This document shows, in pieces, positions 61,233 through 64,000 of a stretch of 64,000 nt of DNA; the first letter of the stretch is position 1, and every line of letters starts with the position of its first letter. The position numbers and the translations under genes are program-made. The DNA lies in assembly GCF_006345805.1 (NCBI RefSeq), contig NC_043016.1, positions 7,936,001-8,000,000 of the forward strand, given 5' to 3'. This stretch comes from Octopus sinensis. Its lineage: Eukaryota. Under the pieces are notes generated by a model that saw nothing but the letters and a program-made list of their open reading frames with translations, was not told where the DNA came from and did no database searches.

Positions 61233-61727
61233 CGCCTTTGCACAGCTTCTAACGCTGGAGATGTACTACAGTGTCAGCTGTTCACTACCAGTGAACTAAG
61301 GTAACACCTATTATTTTTCGAGCACCTTCCGGAGTATTCGAGCGGTTCTAAGCAGTGCTGTTTTCTGCAAGGGCTCCACCCTTAATGCAGCCCCTATTTG
61401 TTCCACGTACTTCTCGAGATTTTTGTTCACTGTTTCCAGGGCTCCGACAATTATTGGTACTACTGCTACCATCTTCATCGACCACAACTGCTGTCATAAC
61501 TTTTCTTTCTTCCTTATCACACACCTTGTTGTCAGCTGAGCATACTATATCTACGATCCAGCATAATTTGTTTTCTTTCTCAATTAAGACTATGTCCAGC
61601 TTCCTATTCTCTATCTCATGGTCGCACTGAATCATGAAATCCCATAGGATCTTTGCATTTCTATTTTCGACGATGCCTTCGGGTTTGTGTTCGTACCAAT
61701 TTTTTGCTCTGTCTTCTTCTTCTTCTT

Positions 61728-61798
<71 letters not shown>

Positions 61799-62170
61799 CA
61801 TTATTATTATTATTATCATTATTATTATTATTGTAATATTTTTTAAATGTGGAACAAAAATACACATTGAAACATTCTTCAAACAACTGCTTTGTCACCC
61901 AAGCCCTTTTATTCGGTTTCCAAATTACTGAAAGGGATTGCTTGTTACTGCCTTTTAATGCTCTAGGGTACGATAAATTAGCATGGGTTTTAACTTGCAT
62001 TCAACTTTGGCATTACCTCCGAGTCAAAGTGTTAATCTGTCCTTGGGTGCTTTATAACCTGGTGCCATCGCCTAGTTTCTTGCCAGAAAACTTCTTGACA
62101 TTTTTTGTCTGGAATAGGCCACTTTCGTCGACATTGAGGATTTGACGATAAACCTACCAATTCTCTTCAG
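60250..62170 (-). pseudogene. pogo/Tigger transposase relic interrupted by a LINE
   Basis: ILNVDESGLF; WKPNKRAWVTKQLFEECF; KVLLILDKAPGH...FSPPNTTSLLQPMDQGVISTFK. Confidence 0.82.
61232..61710 (-). mobile_element. R4/Dong-clade LINE 3' fragment (restriction-like endonuclease) embedded in (TAA)n
   Basis: WYEHKPEGIVENRNAKILWDFMIQCDHEIENRKLDIVLIEK...CWIVDIV...VVPIIVGAL; (TAA)n-rich tracts at 61010-61231 and 61757-61832. Confidence 0.82.
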
Positions 62171-62335
62171 TTATATCTGTGCGTTGATAAATGTGTTTTT
62201 TTACTTATATTCAACCGTACTTAAAAAATAAAATATGACACAAATAAATAAAATTCTTTAAAAATAAACACTTATTGTCTTTTTTAAATTAAAAAAACGA
62301 TCAAAATTTAGTTTTTTATTACAGTGAGACATACA

Positions 62336-62456
<121 letters not shown>

Positions 62457-62699
62457 GAAAAATAACACCTTTTATCAATTCAAAAAGAACAATTAAATTA
62501 CACCATTTAGTAAATAATATATAATAGAAATATTAAAATTAAAATAACAATAAAATGTCAATGATTAAGTAAATTGCAAAAAAATAATAATAAAAACATA
62601 TATAATTTATATTTTATTTATAATTTATTTGAATTTTTTTCCTTGTAAGATTTTGATTTTAATCTCGCAAATAATAATTATTATATATATATATACAAA

Positions 62700-62965
62700 C
62701 CTAGATAAAAACTGAGATATGTTTCGACCAAAGATTGGTCCAGGCCATGTCTAACTTTATAGCACCACCTGATAGGATTATCTAAATCCTTTTTAAATCA
62801 AGTTTTGTCTATGGTCCATTCAAGTAGTGAATTCTTGTTGAGTGAATTGTATCCAGGTATGGGTGGCTTATCCGGTATTCCTTGAAGAAATCTGTCCAGA
62901 CCCCGTTTAAAGGTGATGGGATCCTTTTCCTCTTTGATCTCTTTCGGGACAATGTTGATATAAAT
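62700..62965 (-). mobile_element. CR1/Jockey-group LINE 3' end (same family as 3695-4310)
   Basis: NIVPKEIKEEKDPITFKRGLDRFLQGIPDKP and the shared 3' UTR. Confidence 0.85.
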
Positions 62966-63538
62966 CAAGGAAGCAGTAAAAAAAAACAAAAAACAAATTC
63001 GTGAACAGCTGTTTTATCTTAGAAGAAAGTTATAATTATAAAATGCAAAAAAAAGAAAAAAATATTTGAATGATCTGACTGATACCTCTTTTTTATCAGC
63101 TTAGCTGTGTTAGATTCCACTGAAGAAGAAAAAACATGGTTTTTAGAAAATTTTTTTCTGATTTTGTTTTTATATAAAAATGTTCATTAAAATAGGCATG
63201 GTTCAGTAAGGCTAAAATATTCCTTTCTAATGCAACCACAAGGGCTGAAATTGGTGGGGAATGAGTCTAGTCAGTTACAACGACCCCAGTGCAAAGTCAA
63301 TCCCGATGGAATTTGAACTCAGAGCGCAAGTGCGGGCGAAATACTGCAAAGCGTCTCGTTCGACTTGCTAACAATTCTGCCATCTCAATATGGCTCCGAT
63401 ACTAGAAGTGGGAGTATTTCCGTTTCAAAGTTTTTGAGAGGTAATTACTAGGCGAAAAGCCATTTTTATTCGATTATAATTTTTATTTAAAGAAAAGGGG
63501 GGTGCAGATCTTTTCTAAAAACTCATGAAAAAAATGAA

Positions 63539-63950
63539 GGATCTTTTCGGTTTGACCGGCAGTTTTTTAAAATAATTTTCACGTAACTAAACACTTTTAA
63601 ACTTCGTATACTGGTAGAATGTGTTTATAAAACATCTTTTTTTCTCTTGGCTTTATTGAGAAAATTCTATAGTTTGTAAGATATTTGTTGTTTTTCTTCT
63701 TCAATTTCTGGAATTTCAACCAATCAATCACGTCCATTGAGGTGAAAAACATTCTGTGCCGTATGAATATGTCCCTCGTTTAAGAAACAGATTGGGTTTA
63801 TTTACATTTGTGAAGAAAAAAAGATACACTTCCCCCACCCCTAACCTAAAACACATGGAAATGCAATAGATCGATACTAGGGTCATAATTATGGGTGACA
63901 ATTTCATATGATACTGCTAGAAAAAACTGCCGTTCAATCCGAAAAGATCC
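63539..63950. mobile_element. MITE M1
   Basis: TIRs present; TSD imperfect (AAAATGAA/AAAATCGA). Confidence 0.88.
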
Positions 63951-64000
63951 AAAATCGAACAATTACACGACTTTTAGTAGAATTTCAAGGAATTTTGTCG

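Overview
AT-rich, repeat-saturated eukaryotic DNA. The SINE families and (TATG)n/(TA)n arrays resemble coleoid cephalopod (Octopus-like) repeats; this assignment is my inference. I found no convincing host protein-coding exon, so the window looks intronic or intergenic. Retroelements: a young full-length CsRn1-type Ty3/gypsy element (20994-26685, minus strand, 562-bp LTRs, GGTG TSD, tRNA-Trp PBS, UUUAAAC -1 frameshift site); RTE, CR1-like and R4/Dong LINE fragments; Penelope-like (RT/GIY-YIG) relics with several minimal hammerhead ribozyme motifs; at least four tRNA-derived SINE families. DNA elements: non-autonomous and PIF1-helicase-bearing Helitrons; Tc1, mariner, pogo/Tigger, hAT and Merlin transposase relics; MITEs with GG..CC ends and 8-bp TSDs; foldback palindromes. 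Also present are a duplicated tRNA-Thr(CGT)-like sequence and a 100-N gap. The most unusual signals are a permuted hammerhead-like motif with covarying stems in three copies of one repeat, a 124-bp duplication flanking a SINE, a palindromic element with one fixed end and ~11-bp TSDs, and end-swapped Helitrons. All alignments and counts were done by eye.
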